Shown: positions 42,771 through 53,713, numbered from the stretch's first letter. The stretch: DNA of 64,000 bases from Bacteroides sp. (GCA_023663265.1 JAMPHV010000004.1:410-64409); one strand, 5' to 3'. Numbers and translations: made by a program. The notes: generated from the sequence alone by a model not told the origin.

Positions 42771-43490
42771 TCAGACCCCGCCAAAACGGCGATCTCTTCT
42801 TCCGTATTCGGTCAGAGCGTCAATAAGATCGCGCTCCGTAAAATCGGGCCATAAAACGTCCATAAACACAAGCTCCGCATATGCCGACTGCCAGGTAAGA
42901 AAATTAGACAGTCTTTTTTCACCGCTGGGTCGTATTATCAGATCCACCTCGGGCAGATCTCCCGTATAAAGACAGCTTGAAAACATTTTTTCATCTATGC
43001 CGTCAAGGGTTATCTTTCCCGCCTCGTACAGCTCCGCCGCGCGCTTGGCTCCGTTTACGATTTCCTCTCTTCCGCCGTAATTAAGGGCGATACAGCACCA
43101 CATTCCCGTATTGTCAGCCGACATTTCCTCGGCTTTTTTCATTTTTTCTTTTACCTCCTCGGGCAGGGGAGTTCTGTCTCCTATAAACCTAAGTCTGATA
43201 TTTTTCGAATTGAGCTTCATCATTTCGTCCATAAAGCTGCAAAAAAGCTTCATCAGCGAATCGACCTCGTCCTTAGGTCTTGACCAGTTTTCGGTTGAAA
43301 AGGCGTAAAAGGTCACACAGGGTATACCGAGCTCAACGCAGCTGTTAAGACAGCTGCGAAACGCCCTCGCACCCTGTGAATGACCTGCTTTTCTCGGCAG
43401 CATACGCTTTTTTGCCCACCTGCCGTTGCCGTCCATAATTATGCCGATATGCTTAATATTCAGACTTTGAACCAAGCTTTCCTTATCCAC
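42771..43490 (-). CDS. uppS: Undecaprenyl diphosphate synthase
   Basis: HIGIIMDGNGRW, YAFSTENW, NYGGREEI, RPSGEKRLSNF. Likely GTG start at 43490 overlapping the frr TAG. Confidence 0.93.
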   Translation of the reverse strand: MDKESLVQSLNIKHIGIIMDGNGRWAKKRMLPRKAGHSQGARAFRSCLNSCVELGIPCVTFYAFSTENWSRPKDEVDSLMKLFCSFMDEMMKLNSKNIRLRFIGDRTPLPEEVKEKMKKAEEMSADNTGMWCCIALNYGGREEIVNGAKRAAELYEAGKITLDGIDEKMFSSCLYTGDLPEVDLIIRPSGEKRLSNFLTWQSAYAELVFMDVLWPDFTERDLIDALTEYGRRDRRFGGV

Positions 43491-44044
43491 TATATCGTCA
43501 TTATATCCTTTTCTTTTTCCTTGCCCACCGCGTCGATCTTTTCGCAGTAGCTGTCGGTAAGCTTCTGTATATCCTTTTCGCAATTCTTCATATCGTCCTC
43601 GGTGATCTCGGAGCTCTTTTTCATCGCCTTGAACTTATCCATAGCGTCGCGGCGAATATTGCGCACCGTTACCTTAGCCTCCTCGCAGTACTTGGAGACC
43701 TGCTTTACAAGCTCCTTTCTGCGCTCCTCGGTGAGCTGCGGGAAAACGATTCGCAGGCATTTTCCGTCGTTCGTGGGCGTAATACCGATATCGCTCGCCA
43801 TGATCGCCTTTTCTATAGATTTCATAGAAGATATATCCCAAGGCTGAATCACCAGTATACGCGCTTCCGAAACGGAGACAGCCGCCATAGCATTGATCTG
43901 TGTGGGCGTTCCGTAATAATCAACAGTTATTTTGTCGAGGACCGCGGGATTCGCTCTTCCCGCGCGAATGGTGGAAAATTCATGCTCCAAAGAAGCTATA
44001 CATTTTTCCATTTTTTGTTTAGCGTTGTCAAGAACCTCTTTCAT
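43490..44044 (-). CDS. frr: Ribosome recycling factor
   Basis: IRAGRANP, VDYYG, PQLTEERR, NIRRDA. Confidence 0.97.
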   Translation of the reverse strand: MKEVLDNAKQKMEKCIASLEHEFSTIRAGRANPAVLDKITVDYYGTPTQINAMAAVSVSEARILVIQPWDISSMKSIEKAIMASDIGITPTNDGKCLRIVFPQLTEERRKELVKQVSKYCEEAKVTVRNIRRDAMDKFKAMKKSSEITEDDMKNCEKDIQKLTDSYCEKIDAVGKEKEKDIMTI

Positions 44045-44082
44045 AATCAAAATTCCTTTCTTTGGGTAATATTGCTTTAAAT

Positions 44083-44811
44083 TTAACTCTGAACGTTGTT
44101 TACAAGCGTTCCGACCTTTTTGCCGATCACTGCGTCATATATATTATCGGGATTATGCAGATCAAATACTATAAGCGGGATATCATTGTCGCTGCACATG
44201 GCGGCAGCCGTTCCGTCAAGCACCATAAGCCCCGCGGAAAGAATATCGTGGTGGCTGAGATGCTCAAACTTGACCGCGTCGTTGTAACGGTTGGGGTCCT
44301 TATCGTAAACACCGTCTACCATGGTAGCCTTAAGCAGCACGTCAACATCAAGCTCGGCGGCTCTCAAAGAAGCGGCGGAATCGGTGGAAAAAAACGGACT
44401 TCCCGTACCGCAGCCGAAAATAACGATCCTTCCCTTTTCAAAATGTCTCAGTACCTTTTGCCTTATATAAGGCTCCGCAATGGAACGCATTTCTATGGCG
44501 GTCTGAACTCTCACCTCGCAGCCCAGCCCCTCCAGAACATCGGCTACTGCGAGAGCGTTCATGGTGGTGGCAAGCATACCGATATGATCGGCTCTTACTC
44601 TGTCCATAGTGCCGCTGGCTCTGCCGCGCCAAAAATTTCCTCCGCCTACCACAATACCTATCTGTGTTCCGATATCATAGCATTTTTTTATGCTGACGCA
44701 TATCTTTTCGATCGTAGGGATATCCAAGCCCGTTTTTTTCTCACCCGCCAAAGCCTCTCCGCTGAGCTTAAGCAGGATACGTTTGTATTTCGGAGTAATA
44801 TCTTCGCTCAT
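44083..44811 (-). CDS. pyrH: UMP kinase
   Basis: LLKLSGEAL, VVGGGNFWRG, DHIGMLAT, FFSTDSAA. Confidence 0.97.
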   Translation of the reverse strand: MSEDITPKYKRILLKLSGEALAGEKKTGLDIPTIEKICVSIKKCYDIGTQIGIVVGGGNFWRGRASGTMDRVRADHIGMLATTMNALAVADVLEGLGCEVRVQTAIEMRSIAEPYIRQKVLRHFEKGRIVIFGCGTGSPFFSTDSAASLRAAELDVDVLLKATMVDGVYDKDPNRYNDAVKFEHLSHHDILSAGLMVLDGTAAAMCSDNDIPLIVFDLHNPDNIYDAVIGKKVGTLVNNVQS

Positions 44812-44862
44812 ACACGTTTTTCCCTTCTTAATGTGATTTTGTTATCCGATTTCAGCCGTCCG

Positions 44863-46101
44863 TCAACAGTCAAGCACTCTTATTTTTCCCTTGATTTCGG
44901 CATTTTCGGCAATAGCCGCGCAGTCGTTCTCAAATTTGAGCTCGCCCACCTTTTCCGTAATAAAAGCTATCTCGTTTTCGCTTTCGTTTTCTCTGTGAAG
45001 AAGCCTTACCTTGCCCCAAAGCTCCTCCGCCTTTGAAAGAACGGCGGCTTTATCCCCGCAAATCAGCCTCAAATAAAATTTGTTCTCCAATTTTTTACAG
45101 TCAAGCACAAAGGAGCCGTCGGAATCCTCCCAATACAGCGATTTACTGTTTTCGTGCATTTTCGCCGCCATAATGATATCAGATACTACCGCGCTGGCTG
45201 TGGGCAGCTTACCCGCGCCCTTGCCGTAAAATACAAGGTCTCCCGTTGCGTCTCCCCTAACAAGGATCGCGTTAAACACGTCGTTTACTCCGGAAAGTCG
45301 GCTTTCCCCCGATATAAAAGCGGGACAGACCATAACCGCAGCCTTTTCCTCCCGCCTTGCCGCCCAGCCGATAAGCTTTACCGCGCCGCCGAAGTCGTTG
45401 CAGTATTGTACGTCCTCAAGCGTTACCTCGGTTATTCCCTCGGTATGAACGTCCCTCGGATAAATATGCTTTCCGAAAGCGAGGGAAGCGAGAATACATA
45501 TCTTTCGGCAGGCATCGTGTCCCTCGATATCCGCGGCGGGATTTCTTTCGGCGTAGCCTAATTTCTGCGCAGTTGAAAGCGCTTCGTCAAAGGCCATGCC
45601 ATCATGTATCATTTTGGTTAGTATAAAGTTTGTGGTCCCGTTAAGAATACCCGCTATCTCATTGATCTCGTCAGCGGACATACAGTGATGAAGAGGGCGT
45701 ATTATGGGAATACCGCCTCCCACGCTGGCTTCAAAGAAAAAGTTCACTTTTTTTTCTCTTGCGATGTGAAGAAGCTCCGCTCCCTTTTCCGCAACCAATT
45801 CCTTATTTGAGGTCACAACGCTTTTCCCCGCTTCGAGCAGCGATTTTACAAATCCGTAGGCGGGCTTGAGCCCTCCTATGACCTCGACGGCAACCGTTAT
45901 TTCGGGATCGTTAAGAATAATATTGAAATCCTTTATAAATTTATCGTCGTAAGGCGTGCCGCTGAAATCCCTCAGATCAAGAATATATTTTATTTCAGCC
46001 TCATCGCCGATTTTTGCCTCAATGCTGGAGAGGTTTTTATAAAACACCTCCACCGTTCCGGAGCCCACAACTCCGTATCCCATAACCGCGATTTTTATCA
46101 T
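44863..46101 (-). CDS. hom: Homoserine dehydrogenase
   Basis: GYGVVGSG, VTSNK, FEASVGGGIP, NGTTNFIL, DIEGHDA, GKGAG. Confidence 0.95.
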   Translation of the reverse strand: MIKIAVMGYGVVGSGTVEVFYKNLSSIEAKIGDEAEIKYILDLRDFSGTPYDDKFIKDFNIILNDPEITVAVEVIGGLKPAYGFVKSLLEAGKSVVTSNKELVAEKGAELLHIAREKKVNFFFEASVGGGIPIIRPLHHCMSADEINEIAGILNGTTNFILTKMIHDGMAFDEALSTAQKLGYAERNPAADIEGHDACRKICILASLAFGKHIYPRDVHTEGITEVTLEDVQYCNDFGGAVKLIGWAARREEKAAVMVCPAFISGESRLSGVNDVFNAILVRGDATGDLVFYGKGAGKLPTASAVVSDIIMAAKMHENSKSLYWEDSDGSFVLDCKKLENKFYLRLICGDKAAVLSKAEELWGKVRLLHRENESENEIAFITEKVGELKFENDCAAIAENAEIKGKIRVLDC

Positions 46102-46284
46102 TTTTTCTTCCTTCCGTTCCTTTACATGACCTCTTTTTTATACACTATCCCATTATAGCATATTTTAACAAATCTTACAAGCTTTTTAAAAAATTTTTTA
46201 AAACCTTGCCCTCGACCGAAATATGAAATATGATATATCCCAAGGAACGTTATCAAAATATAAACTGCGGCGATCGCTTCTGTG

Positions 46285-47541
46285 TTAACTTATCAAAAGC
46301 CCCTTGTCGATCATTTTCTGAGCGGCATTGATGATCCCTATTCTTGCCGCGTAATATGACGTACCGCCTTGCAGCCACACCGCGTATGGCTCTCTTAAGG
46401 GAGCGTCCGCCGACAGCTCGATGGAGCTTCCCATAGTGAAGCACCCCGCCGCCATTATCACTTGACAGTTATACCCGGGCATATCCCAAGGCTCCGGGGC
46501 AGCAGTGCTGTCTACGGGGCTTGCCGCCTGTATTCCCTCGCAAAAGGCGATAAGTCTTTCGGGAGTATTCAGTTTTATAGAGCAAATTATGTCGGTGCGG
46601 TATTCGCGGTAATTCGGAAAAGCCTCAAAGCCCAGCTCTTCAAAAAAAGCCGCCGCAAAAACCGAAGCTTTAAGCGCATTTGATACCGCCAAGGGCGCGT
46701 TGTACAAGCCCATAAAAATTTCACGGTTCTGTCCGAGAGAACAGCCTACCTCCTTCCCCGTACCTACGGTCGTAAGGCGGTAGGAGCACAGCTCCACAAG
46801 CTCCCTCTTACCGGCTATATATCCGCCCGTGGAACATATCCCTCCGCCGGGATTTTTTATAAGAGAGCCTATTATAAGATCGGCGCCTACCGAGGTCGGC
46901 TCGACGCACTCCACAAATTCACCGTAGCAGTTATCCACCATAATAACGGCTTTGCTGCCAACGCTTCTCACCGCCTCGGTGATCTCCATTACGGCGGAAA
47001 CCGTAAGCGAGGGACGAAGAGAATACCCTCTCGAACGCTGTATGTAAACTGCCTTAGCGTTTCGGGCTTGTTCCATAATAGCCCTTATATTCGGATTTCC
47101 GTCGGGAAGCAGGTCTATCTGCCCGTACCTTATGCCGTATTCCTTAAGAGAGCCTCCTCTCTCTCCGAAAATTACCTCCTCCAATGTATCGTAGGGTCGT
47201 CCCGTTACCGCTAAAAGCAGATCTCCGGGTCTCAGAACTCCGAAAAGAGCGGTGGAAATGGCATGTGTTCCGTTTACAAAGCTGTGCCGCACAAGCGCGT
47301 CCTCCGCTCCGAAAACCTGCGCGAAAACCGCGTCGGCCTTATCTCTGCCGTCGTCACCGTAGCCGTAGCCCGTTGTGCCTTTAAGGTGCATATCGGCGAC
47401 GCCGTTGTCTATAAACGCTTTAAGCACCTTTTCGCTGTTTCGGCGGCATATTTCATCTATCCGCGCGAACGCGCCCTCTGCCTTATCCTCCGCCTTATTT
47501 GCCGCAACAAACAGTTTTTCGTCAAAATTAAATTCCGTCAT
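46285..47541 (-). CDS. Methionine gamma-lyase family PLP enzyme (YnbB/aluminium-resistance-like)
   Basis: TTGYGYGDDGR, GRPYDTL, VDNCYGEF, GSLIKNPGGG. Confidence 0.9.
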   Translation of the reverse strand: MTEFNFDEKLFVAANKAEDKAEGAFARIDEICRRNSEKVLKAFIDNGVADMHLKGTTGYGYGDDGRDKADAVFAQVFGAEDALVRHSFVNGTHAISTALFGVLRPGDLLLAVTGRPYDTLEEVIFGERGGSLKEYGIRYGQIDLLPDGNPNIRAIMEQARNAKAVYIQRSRGYSLRPSLTVSAVMEITEAVRSVGSKAVIMVDNCYGEFVECVEPTSVGADLIIGSLIKNPGGGICSTGGYIAGKRELVELCSYRLTTVGTGKEVGCSLGQNREIFMGLYNAPLAVSNALKASVFAAAFFEELGFEAFPNYREYRTDIICSIKLNTPERLIAFCEGIQAASPVDSTAAPEPWDMPGYNCQVIMAAGCFTMGSSIELSADAPLREPYAVWLQGGTSYYAARIGIINAAQKMIDKGLLIS

Positions 47542-47601
47542 TGTTTTTCCCTGCTTAGTCAAGTATTCAATTAAAATGAAAATTGTCTTGATTTTTTTCG
47601 G

Positions 47602-48381
47602 TCAATGCTTTTGCTTTTCGGCATTAAAAACCGTAACCGCCTTTCCGCACTCGTAAAAGCCCACCTTGCGGTAAAAAGGGCTAAGCTCCTCCCTGCAGAG
47701 AACGACCGTTTCTCTGTCCAAGCTCTCAAAATAAAGACCCAGACGTCCAAGAAGCTTTTTCGCGCCGCCCTTCCCCCTTGCTTCGCTTTTTGCTGCCACA
47801 AGGGAAATAAAAACCGTGCCGTTTATATCCGCTATAGCCGTTGCCGATGCTCCCTCGTAAACATATACGTTTGATACGCCGTGCCTTATTTTATGATTTA
47901 TATCGGTATACCAGTCGTCGTACTTTATATCGGGAAAGCCGTCTCTTATGATCGGGAAAACGGCATCAAGCTGAGGGTTTTTTTCTATTTCCTCCATTTC
48001 GGGCAGCTCGGCGTTTTCGGGTATAAGATGAGAGGAAAATTTATATATAAGACCCTCCTCGGTATCGCTCCACCCTAACGCCTCCAGTCTTTTTCCCGTT
48101 TCCGCTCCGCAAAGCGCCGAGGAAAAGCCGCAGACCTTTAAAAACAAAGACAGCTCCTCCATTGTGTCCTCGGAAATGACTCCCTTTGTTCTTATTACAA
48201 GATCATTATAATACCGTCCGATCAATACGCCCTTTCCGCCGTAAACGGAAAAAAAGTCGTAATCTTTGTACGCCTTTAAATTAGCGGCTATTTTAACGGA
48301 AAAAATATCGTTGGCGTCCGAAAGCAGTCTTTGTGCCGTTTTTATATCGATTTGAGTTATCACGGTAACATTTTCCTCCAT
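47602..48381 (-). CDS. Hypothetical protein with C-terminal GNAT acetyltransferase motif
   Basis: ISLVAAKSEARGKGGAKKLL (motif A) and PFYRKVGF. Confidence 0.7.
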   Translation of the reverse strand: MEENVTVITQIDIKTAQRLLSDANDIFSVKIAANLKAYKDYDFFSVYGGKGVLIGRYYNDLVIRTKGVISEDTMEELSLFLKVCGFSSALCGAETGKRLEALGWSDTEEGLIYKFSSHLIPENAELPEMEEIEKNPQLDAVFPIIRDGFPDIKYDDWYTDINHKIRHGVSNVYVYEGASATAIADINGTVFISLVAAKSEARGKGGAKKLLGRLGLYFESLDRETVVLCREELSPFYRKVGFYECGKAVTVFNAEKQKH

Positions 48382-48420
48382 TTTTTCGGAAATAAACAGA
48401 GTGACCCGTTTTTACGGTAT

Positions 48421-49449
48421 TCAGCTCAACTCTCCGAGCTTTTTTATCAACGCCGCCGCTAGCTTGGCGGTATCGTACATATCGGACTCTTTTATAACGC
48501 AGTTTGGAGAATGAAGATACCTGCAAGGCACCGAAACGGCCATGGTGCGTACTCCGCCCGCCGCCTTGTGTATCGCTCCGCTGTCGTTTCCGCCCGCGAC
48601 AACCGTTTTTGTCTGACACTTGACGCCTATTTCCTTAGCGGCGTCAAAGCCGAGCTTATATAATTCCCTGTCGTAAACGGTGCCCCTGTCCATAAAGGAA
48701 ATAACCGCACCGTTACCTAAAATACAGACCTTTTTTGCTCCCTCTGCCCCGCTTATATCGCAGGCGGTGGTCGTTTCAAGCACTATCGCTATATCGGGAT
48801 CGACCGAATATGCCGCTGCGGCGGCTCCTCTTGTACCTATTTCCTCCTGTACCGTAAACACAAACGTAACATCGAAGCACATCTCGCTGTTTATCATTTG
48901 CAGCATTATTGCACAACCGATCCTATCGTCCAGCGCCTTTCCCGACATAAAGCCGTCTCCGAGATCCGACTGCTCTCCTGTAAAATAAGCAAAATCCCCG
49001 AGAGAGACAAGCTTCTCCGCTTCCTCTCTGCTTTCCGCGCCTATATCTATCCTTAAGTCGGAAATTTTAGGCTGCGCGCTTGCTTCCTCATCCTTAAGAA
49101 GATGCATCGGCTTTCCCGCTACAGCGCCGTATATATTGTTTCCGATCACAAGCTGTCTTCCGAATACCACGCAGGGCAAAACGCCGCCCACAGGTGCAAA
49201 GCAAAGGCTTCCGTCCTCGCAGATATGGGTCACGATAAAGCCTACCTCGTCCATATGCGCCGCGACCATAAGCTTTTTCGCAGGGGTCCTGCTTCCCTTT
49301 TTTTCAACTATAAGATTTCCCAAATTATCAACGCGATAATTCGTGTTCTCGGGCAAAAGGGAGATCAGCTTTTCCCTTATCCTGCTCTCGTCTCCGCTTG
49401 CGCCGTTTATGGCGGAAAGCTCCTTTACAAGCCGCTTCAAATTTTCCAT
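48421..49449 (-). CDS. M42 family (TET-like) aminopeptidase, second copy
   Basis: AHMDEVG, ALDDRIG, QEEIG, LHSP. Confidence 0.88.
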   Translation of the reverse strand: MENLKRLVKELSAINGASGDESRIREKLISLLPENTNYRVDNLGNLIVEKKGSRTPAKKLMVAAHMDEVGFIVTHICEDGSLCFAPVGGVLPCVVFGRQLVIGNNIYGAVAGKPMHLLKDEEASAQPKISDLRIDIGAESREEAEKLVSLGDFAYFTGEQSDLGDGFMSGKALDDRIGCAIMLQMINSEMCFDVTFVFTVQEEIGTRGAAAAAYSVDPDIAIVLETTTACDISGAEGAKKVCILGNGAVISFMDRGTVYDRELYKLGFDAAKEIGVKCQTKTVVAGGNDSGAIHKAAGGVRTMAVSVPCRYLHSPNCVIKESDMYDTAKLAAALIKKLGELS

Positions 49450-49450
49450 T

Positions 49451-50470
49451 TTACTTTCCCTCCGATCCGTGCAACACAAACTCAGCCAAAAGCTGCCCCG
49501 TATGCTTAATATCGTCTAAATCCAGCACTTCGCAGGGAGTGTGCATATATCTTTGAGGAATGGAAATAAGACCTGTACGCACCCCTCCTCTTGTGATCGC
49601 TATATTATCCGCGTTTGTGCCTGTTCTTCCGTTCATAACCTCAGTCTGGTACGGTATTTCCTTTTCTTTTGCAAGCTGTATGAGCCTATCCGAGATTCTC
49701 CTGTCAAGAGCGGGTGAAATACCTATCATAGGTCCCTTGCCCAGCTTGCCGCAATGCTCGGGTTCAACTCCCTTGCTTGCGCCGAAGCTTACGTCAAAGG
49801 CAATGGCATAATCGGGGTTTACGTTAAAGGCTGAAATTGCCGCGCCTCTGCACCCTACCTCCTCCTGTGAGGAAAATTCAACGGCAAGCCTAAACGGCAA
49901 ATTTTTCTCTCCTTTAAGCAGGTCCAATGCGTACAGGACCGAAACAACCCCCGCCCTGTCGTCGGAAGCGGGAGTGCATACTCTGCTGCCCGCAAGCCTT
50001 GAAAAAAAGCCTTCAAGCACCACCAAATCGCCCAAGGATATCACCTTTTCCGCCTGTTCCTTGGACATTCCCACGTCTATTGCGATATCCTCAAGCTTGG
50101 GCGCCTTGCTCTTGTCCTCCGCCACATGAGGAGGAAGGGTCGAAATAACCCCCTTTACTTTTTCTTTTCCGTAGATCGTAACGTTTTGAGCCAACAGCGT
50201 GCGCATATCTACGCCGATTTCTCCTACCTTCACAAAGCCGCCGTCGTCGATATAGGTAACTATCATGCCTATACGGTCAATATGGGCGTCCAACAGCAAG
50301 GTGGGCTTGTCTTCATTGCCTGTACAGCCGATAACGTTTCCGAAATCGTCGGCTTTTACGTCGTCCGTGTATTCCGAAAGCAGCCTTATGACCGTTTCGT
50401 GAGCCGCTTTTTCACCGCCGCTCACCGCGGGGAGCGCGCATAGTGTCTCAAGAGTTTTTTCAATGTTCAT
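49451..50470 (-). CDS. M42 family (TET-like) aminopeptidase, first copy
   Basis: DAHIDRIG, SDDRAG, QEEVG, FDVS, MHTP. Confidence 0.88.
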   Translation of the reverse strand: MNIEKTLETLCALPAVSGGEKAAHETVIRLLSEYTDDVKADDFGNVIGCTGNEDKPTLLLDAHIDRIGMIVTYIDDGGFVKVGEIGVDMRTLLAQNVTIYGKEKVKGVISTLPPHVAEDKSKAPKLEDIAIDVGMSKEQAEKVISLGDLVVLEGFFSRLAGSRVCTPASDDRAGVVSVLYALDLLKGEKNLPFRLAVEFSSQEEVGCRGAAISAFNVNPDYAIAFDVSFGASKGVEPEHCGKLGKGPMIGISPALDRRISDRLIQLAKEKEIPYQTEVMNGRTGTNADNIAITRGGVRTGLISIPQRYMHTPCEVLDLDDIKHTGQLLAEFVLHGSEGK

Positions 50471-50508
50471 ATCATCATTCCTTTTCTCTTTTATTATAAT
50501 AAATACTC

Positions 50509-51384
50509 TTACTCAATATTCTGAATTTGTTCCCTTATTTTTTCTATCTCGCTTTTCATCTCGATAACGAGCTTGGTAACGGAAACGTCCTGAGCCTTTG
50601 AACCGATAGTGTTGGATTCTCTGTTCAGCTCTTGGACCATAAAATCAAGCTTTCTTCCGATAGGCTCCGCGCTTTCGCACATTTCGCGGAACTGCTTGAA
50701 ATGGGAACGAAGTCTGACCGTTTCCTCATCGACAGCGGTTTTTTCGGCAAATATCGCCGCTTCTGTCAAAATACGCTGCTCGTCTATCTGCTTATCGTTC
50801 AAAATCTCGGTGAGCTTTTCAAACAGCTTTTTACGGTACGCTTCTGTGGTTTTGGGCGAAAGCTTTTCGATCTCCTCAGTCATTTTTTCGATATTGGAAA
50901 GCTTGTCCAGCACGTCCGCTTTCAGCTTTTCACCCTCATTCTCCCGCATTTCCGCAAAGCGACGCAGCGCCTCCTCCGCTACGGAGCTCACAGCAGCCCA
51001 TATCTCGTCCTCGTCCGCCTCGGTGCGAACGACCGTAAAAGCGTCTGTCATACGGAAAATATCGGTAAGCGCCAAATTATCGTTCAAACCGAGCTCGCCG
51101 CCGCATCTCCGCATTTCCTCGATATAGTTCTTTACAACCGAAACGTTGACCGTAACGGCTGTTGAACGGTTTTCCGCATCGGTGACCGAAAGATATACCT
51201 CCGCCTTTCCTCTGCTGATCGTATCCTTAACAAGAGCCTTAAGCTTTTCTTCAAGATATGTATAGCTTCTCGGAAGCCTTGCGGAAAGCTCACAATATCT
51301 GCTGTTTACCGAGCGTATTTCAACAAGGTACTCTTTTCCGCCTATAATGCTTCTTGCCCTGCCGAAGCCTGTCATGCTGCGCAT
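50509..51384 (-). CDS. yicC: YicC/YloC family endoribonuclease
   Basis: MRSMTGFGR, EIRSVNSRY, EETVRLRSH, GRKLDF, RESNTIGSK, REQIQNIE. Confidence 0.93.
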   Translation of the reverse strand: MRSMTGFGRARSIIGGKEYLVEIRSVNSRYCELSARLPRSYTYLEEKLKALVKDTISRGKAEVYLSVTDAENRSTAVTVNVSVVKNYIEEMRRCGGELGLNDNLALTDIFRMTDAFTVVRTEADEDEIWAAVSSVAEEALRRFAEMRENEGEKLKADVLDKLSNIEKMTEEIEKLSPKTTEAYRKKLFEKLTEILNDKQIDEQRILTEAAIFAEKTAVDEETVRLRSHFKQFREMCESAEPIGRKLDFMVQELNRESNTIGSKAQDVSVTKLVIEMKSEIEKIREQIQNIE

Positions 51385-51423
51385 ATAAAGTCACCCTCCT
51401 TATCCTTTGCTTTTTACCTTTAT

Positions 51424-51452
51424 ATTTTACACTTTCACACAGTCTTTGTCAA
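51424..51452 (-). promoter_or_regulatory. Sigma-A promoter for yicC
   Basis: Minus strand TTGACA-17 bp-TAAAAT. Confidence 0.75.
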
Positions 51453-51475
51453 GCCCTCGCCCTATTGCTCATTAT

Positions 51476-51509
51476 AAAAAAGCGGCTATGGCATATCTCA
51501 GCCATAGCC
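51476..51509 (-). terminator. Intrinsic terminator downstream of glnA
   Basis: GGCTATGGC/GCCATAGCC 9-bp stem followed by GCTTTTTT on the minus strand. Confidence 0.8.
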
Positions 51510-51619
51510 AAAGGGAAAAGGGTGCGTGTATACGAACGTATTTTCATTCTTGAAAATATGTTCTCTTAAAGCATTACTGCTCTAAGGCATAATATAAAAT
51601 CAGCTTTTTAAGCCCGCCG

Positions 51620-53713
51620 TCAGTTTACGCTGAACAGCAGCTCCGAATAAGTGGGAATAGGCCAGTAATCAGCCGCAACAATGGTCTCAAGCTCGTCTGC
51701 CGCCGCGCGCAGGGACTGCATAGAGGCGAAAACGATATCGTGATAAAATCTTGCCTTATCTGTAACTCCCTCAACAGAGTGAGCCTTAACGATATCCGCT
51801 TCCAAAGCCTTGATCCTGGCGCTCAAGGTATCGGTCAGCGCGATCACCTTTTCCGCCAGCTCCTGCTCCGCTCCCGCCGAAAAGCCTGCCGCCTTTTTGG
51901 AGGTCACAGCGTCGCAGATGTCCTTTTCAAATTTCAATACGGCGGGAAGTATCTGACGCTTAGCCATATCAACGGTGGTCTGCGCTTCAATATTCAAGAC
52001 CTTTTCGTAATTTTCCAACAGAGTTTCGGTTCTGGAATGTATCTCTATTTCGCTGAATACCCTGTGCTTAACGAAAAGTTTGATGTTCTTTTCGTCCTCA
52101 AAATGCGGCACCGCGTCAACGGTGGAAGCATAATTGGGAAGCCCTCTTCTCTCCGCTTCCTCTATCCAGCTCGAGTCGTATCCGTTTCCGTTAAAAATGA
52201 TCCTCTTATGCTTTGTAAAGGTATTTTTAAGCAGCTCGTTCAACGCCGATTTAAAATCGGGAGCCTTTTCCAAAATGTCCGCAAATTCGCCTAAAGCATC
52301 CGCAACTATCGTATTGAGCACGATATTGGGACCCGCAATATTAAGAGTTGAACCGACGCTTCTGAACTCAAACTTGTTTCCGGTGAAGGCAAAGGGCGAC
52401 GTTCTGTTTCTGTCCGTTGTGTCCTTGGGGAAGGTGGGAAGCGTGGAAACACCGATATCGAACTGTCTGTGAAGATTTTTCGCGTGGCTTCCGCTTACCA
52501 GTGCTTCTATAACGTCCGTCAGCTCCTCGCCGAGGAAGACGGAAATGATAGCGGGAGGCGCTTCGTTGGCGCCCAATCTGTGATCGTTGCCCGCGCTGGC
52601 GACGGAAAGCCTAAGCAAGTCCGCGTGCTCATCGACCGCCTTGACCACTGCCGCAAGGAATGTAAGGAACTGCGCGTTTTCAAGAGGAGAATCGCCGGGA
52701 TTCAGAAGATTCTGTCCGTCGTTGGTGGACAACGCCCAGTTGTCGTGCTTTCCCGAGCCGTTAACTCCCGCAAAGGGCTTCTCGTGCAGAAGGCAGGCAA
52801 GACCGTGCCTTTTAGCAACCTTTTGCATAAGCTCCATCGTAAGCTGATTGTGATCCGCCGCAAGGTTGGCGTTTTCAAATACGGGGGCGCACTCGTGCTG
52901 TGCGGGAGCCACCTCGTTATGCTTTGTCTTTGAGGGTACGCCTATATTCCAAAGAGTTTTGTCAAGGTCCTTCATATAATCGCTTACTCTCTGCTTAATG
53001 GTACCGAAATAATGATCCTCAAGCTCCTGCCCCTTAGGAGGCGCGGCGCCGAACAAGGTGCGTCCCGTAAAAAACAGGTCCTTTCTCTTATTGTACAGAG
53101 CCTCGTCAACAAGGAAGTATTCCTGCTCCGCGCCTACGGTCGCGACAACGCGCTTTGTGGTAGTGTTTCCGAAAAGTCTCAGAATACGCAGAGCCTGTGC
53201 GGAAACCGCGTCCATTGAGCGAAGCAGCGGAGTTTTTTTGTCCAGCGCCTCTCCCGAATAGGAGCAGAAAGCGGTGGGTATATATAAAGTATTATCCTTA
53301 ACGAAAGCAAAGGACGTAGGGTCCCATGCGGTATAGCCTCTTGCCTCGAACGTGGCTCTCAAACCACCCGAAGGGAAAGAAGAAGCGTCGGGTTCGCCCT
53401 TTATCAGCTCCTTGCCCGAAAATTCCATTATTACGGTACCGTCGCCCTGAGGGTTTATAAAGCTGTCGTGCTTTTCGGCGGTAATTCCCGTCATCGGCTG
53501 AAACCAGTGGGTATAATGAGTCGCGCCCTTTTCGATAGCCCAGTCCTTCATAGCATGAGCCACAACCGCGGCGACCGAGCTGTCCAGCTCCGTACCGTTT
53601 TCGATCGTTTCCATAAGCGCCTTAAAGGTTCCCTTGGGAAGCCTTTCTCTCATGGTTTCCGCGTTAAAGGCGTCGCAGCCAAAATTCGCCTTTACATCAT
53701 AAATTTCATTCAT
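51620..53713 (-). CDS. glnA: Glutamine synthetase type III
   Basis: [48 protein letters not shown]; about 700 aa. Confidence 0.95.
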   Translation of the reverse strand: MNEIYDVKANFGCDAFNAETMRERLPKGTFKALMETIENGTELDSSVAAVVAHAMKDWAIEKGATHYTHWFQPMTGITAEKHDSFINPQGDGTVIMEFSGKELIKGEPDASSFPSGGLRATFEARGYTAWDPTSFAFVKDNTLYIPTAFCSYSGEALDKKTPLLRSMDAVSAQALRILRLFGNTTTKRVVATVGAEQEYFLVDEALYNKRKDLFFTGRTLFGAAPPKGQELEDHYFGTIKQRVSDYMKDLDKTLWNIGVPSKTKHNEVAPAQHECAPVFENANLAADHNQLTMELMQKVAKRHGLACLLHEKPFAGVNGSGKHDNWALSTNDGQNLLNPGDSPLENAQFLTFLAAVVKAVDEHADLLRLSVASAGNDHRLGANEAPPAIISVFLGEELTDVIEALVSGSHAKNLHRQFDIGVSTLPTFPKDTTDRNRTSPFAFTGNKFEFRSVGSTLNIAGPNIVLNTIVADALGEFADILEKAPDFKSALNELLKNTFTKHKRIIFNGNGYDSSWIEEAERRGLPNYASTVDAVPHFEDEKNIKLFVKHRVFSEIEIHSRTETLLENYEKVLNIEAQTTVDMAKRQILPAVLKFEKDICDAVTSKKAAGFSAGAEQELAEKVIALTDTLSARIKALEADIVKAHSVEGVTDKARFYHDIVFASMQSLRAAADELETIVAADYWPIPTYSELLFSVN

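Noticed and set aside
51534-51565. LexA (Cheo)-like boxes GAAC-N4-TTTC / GAAA-N4-GTTC (also a half-site at 41813-41823)
   Set aside because: Each has a mismatch in a core position and none lies at a damage-inducible promoter; they are better explained as hairpin arms.
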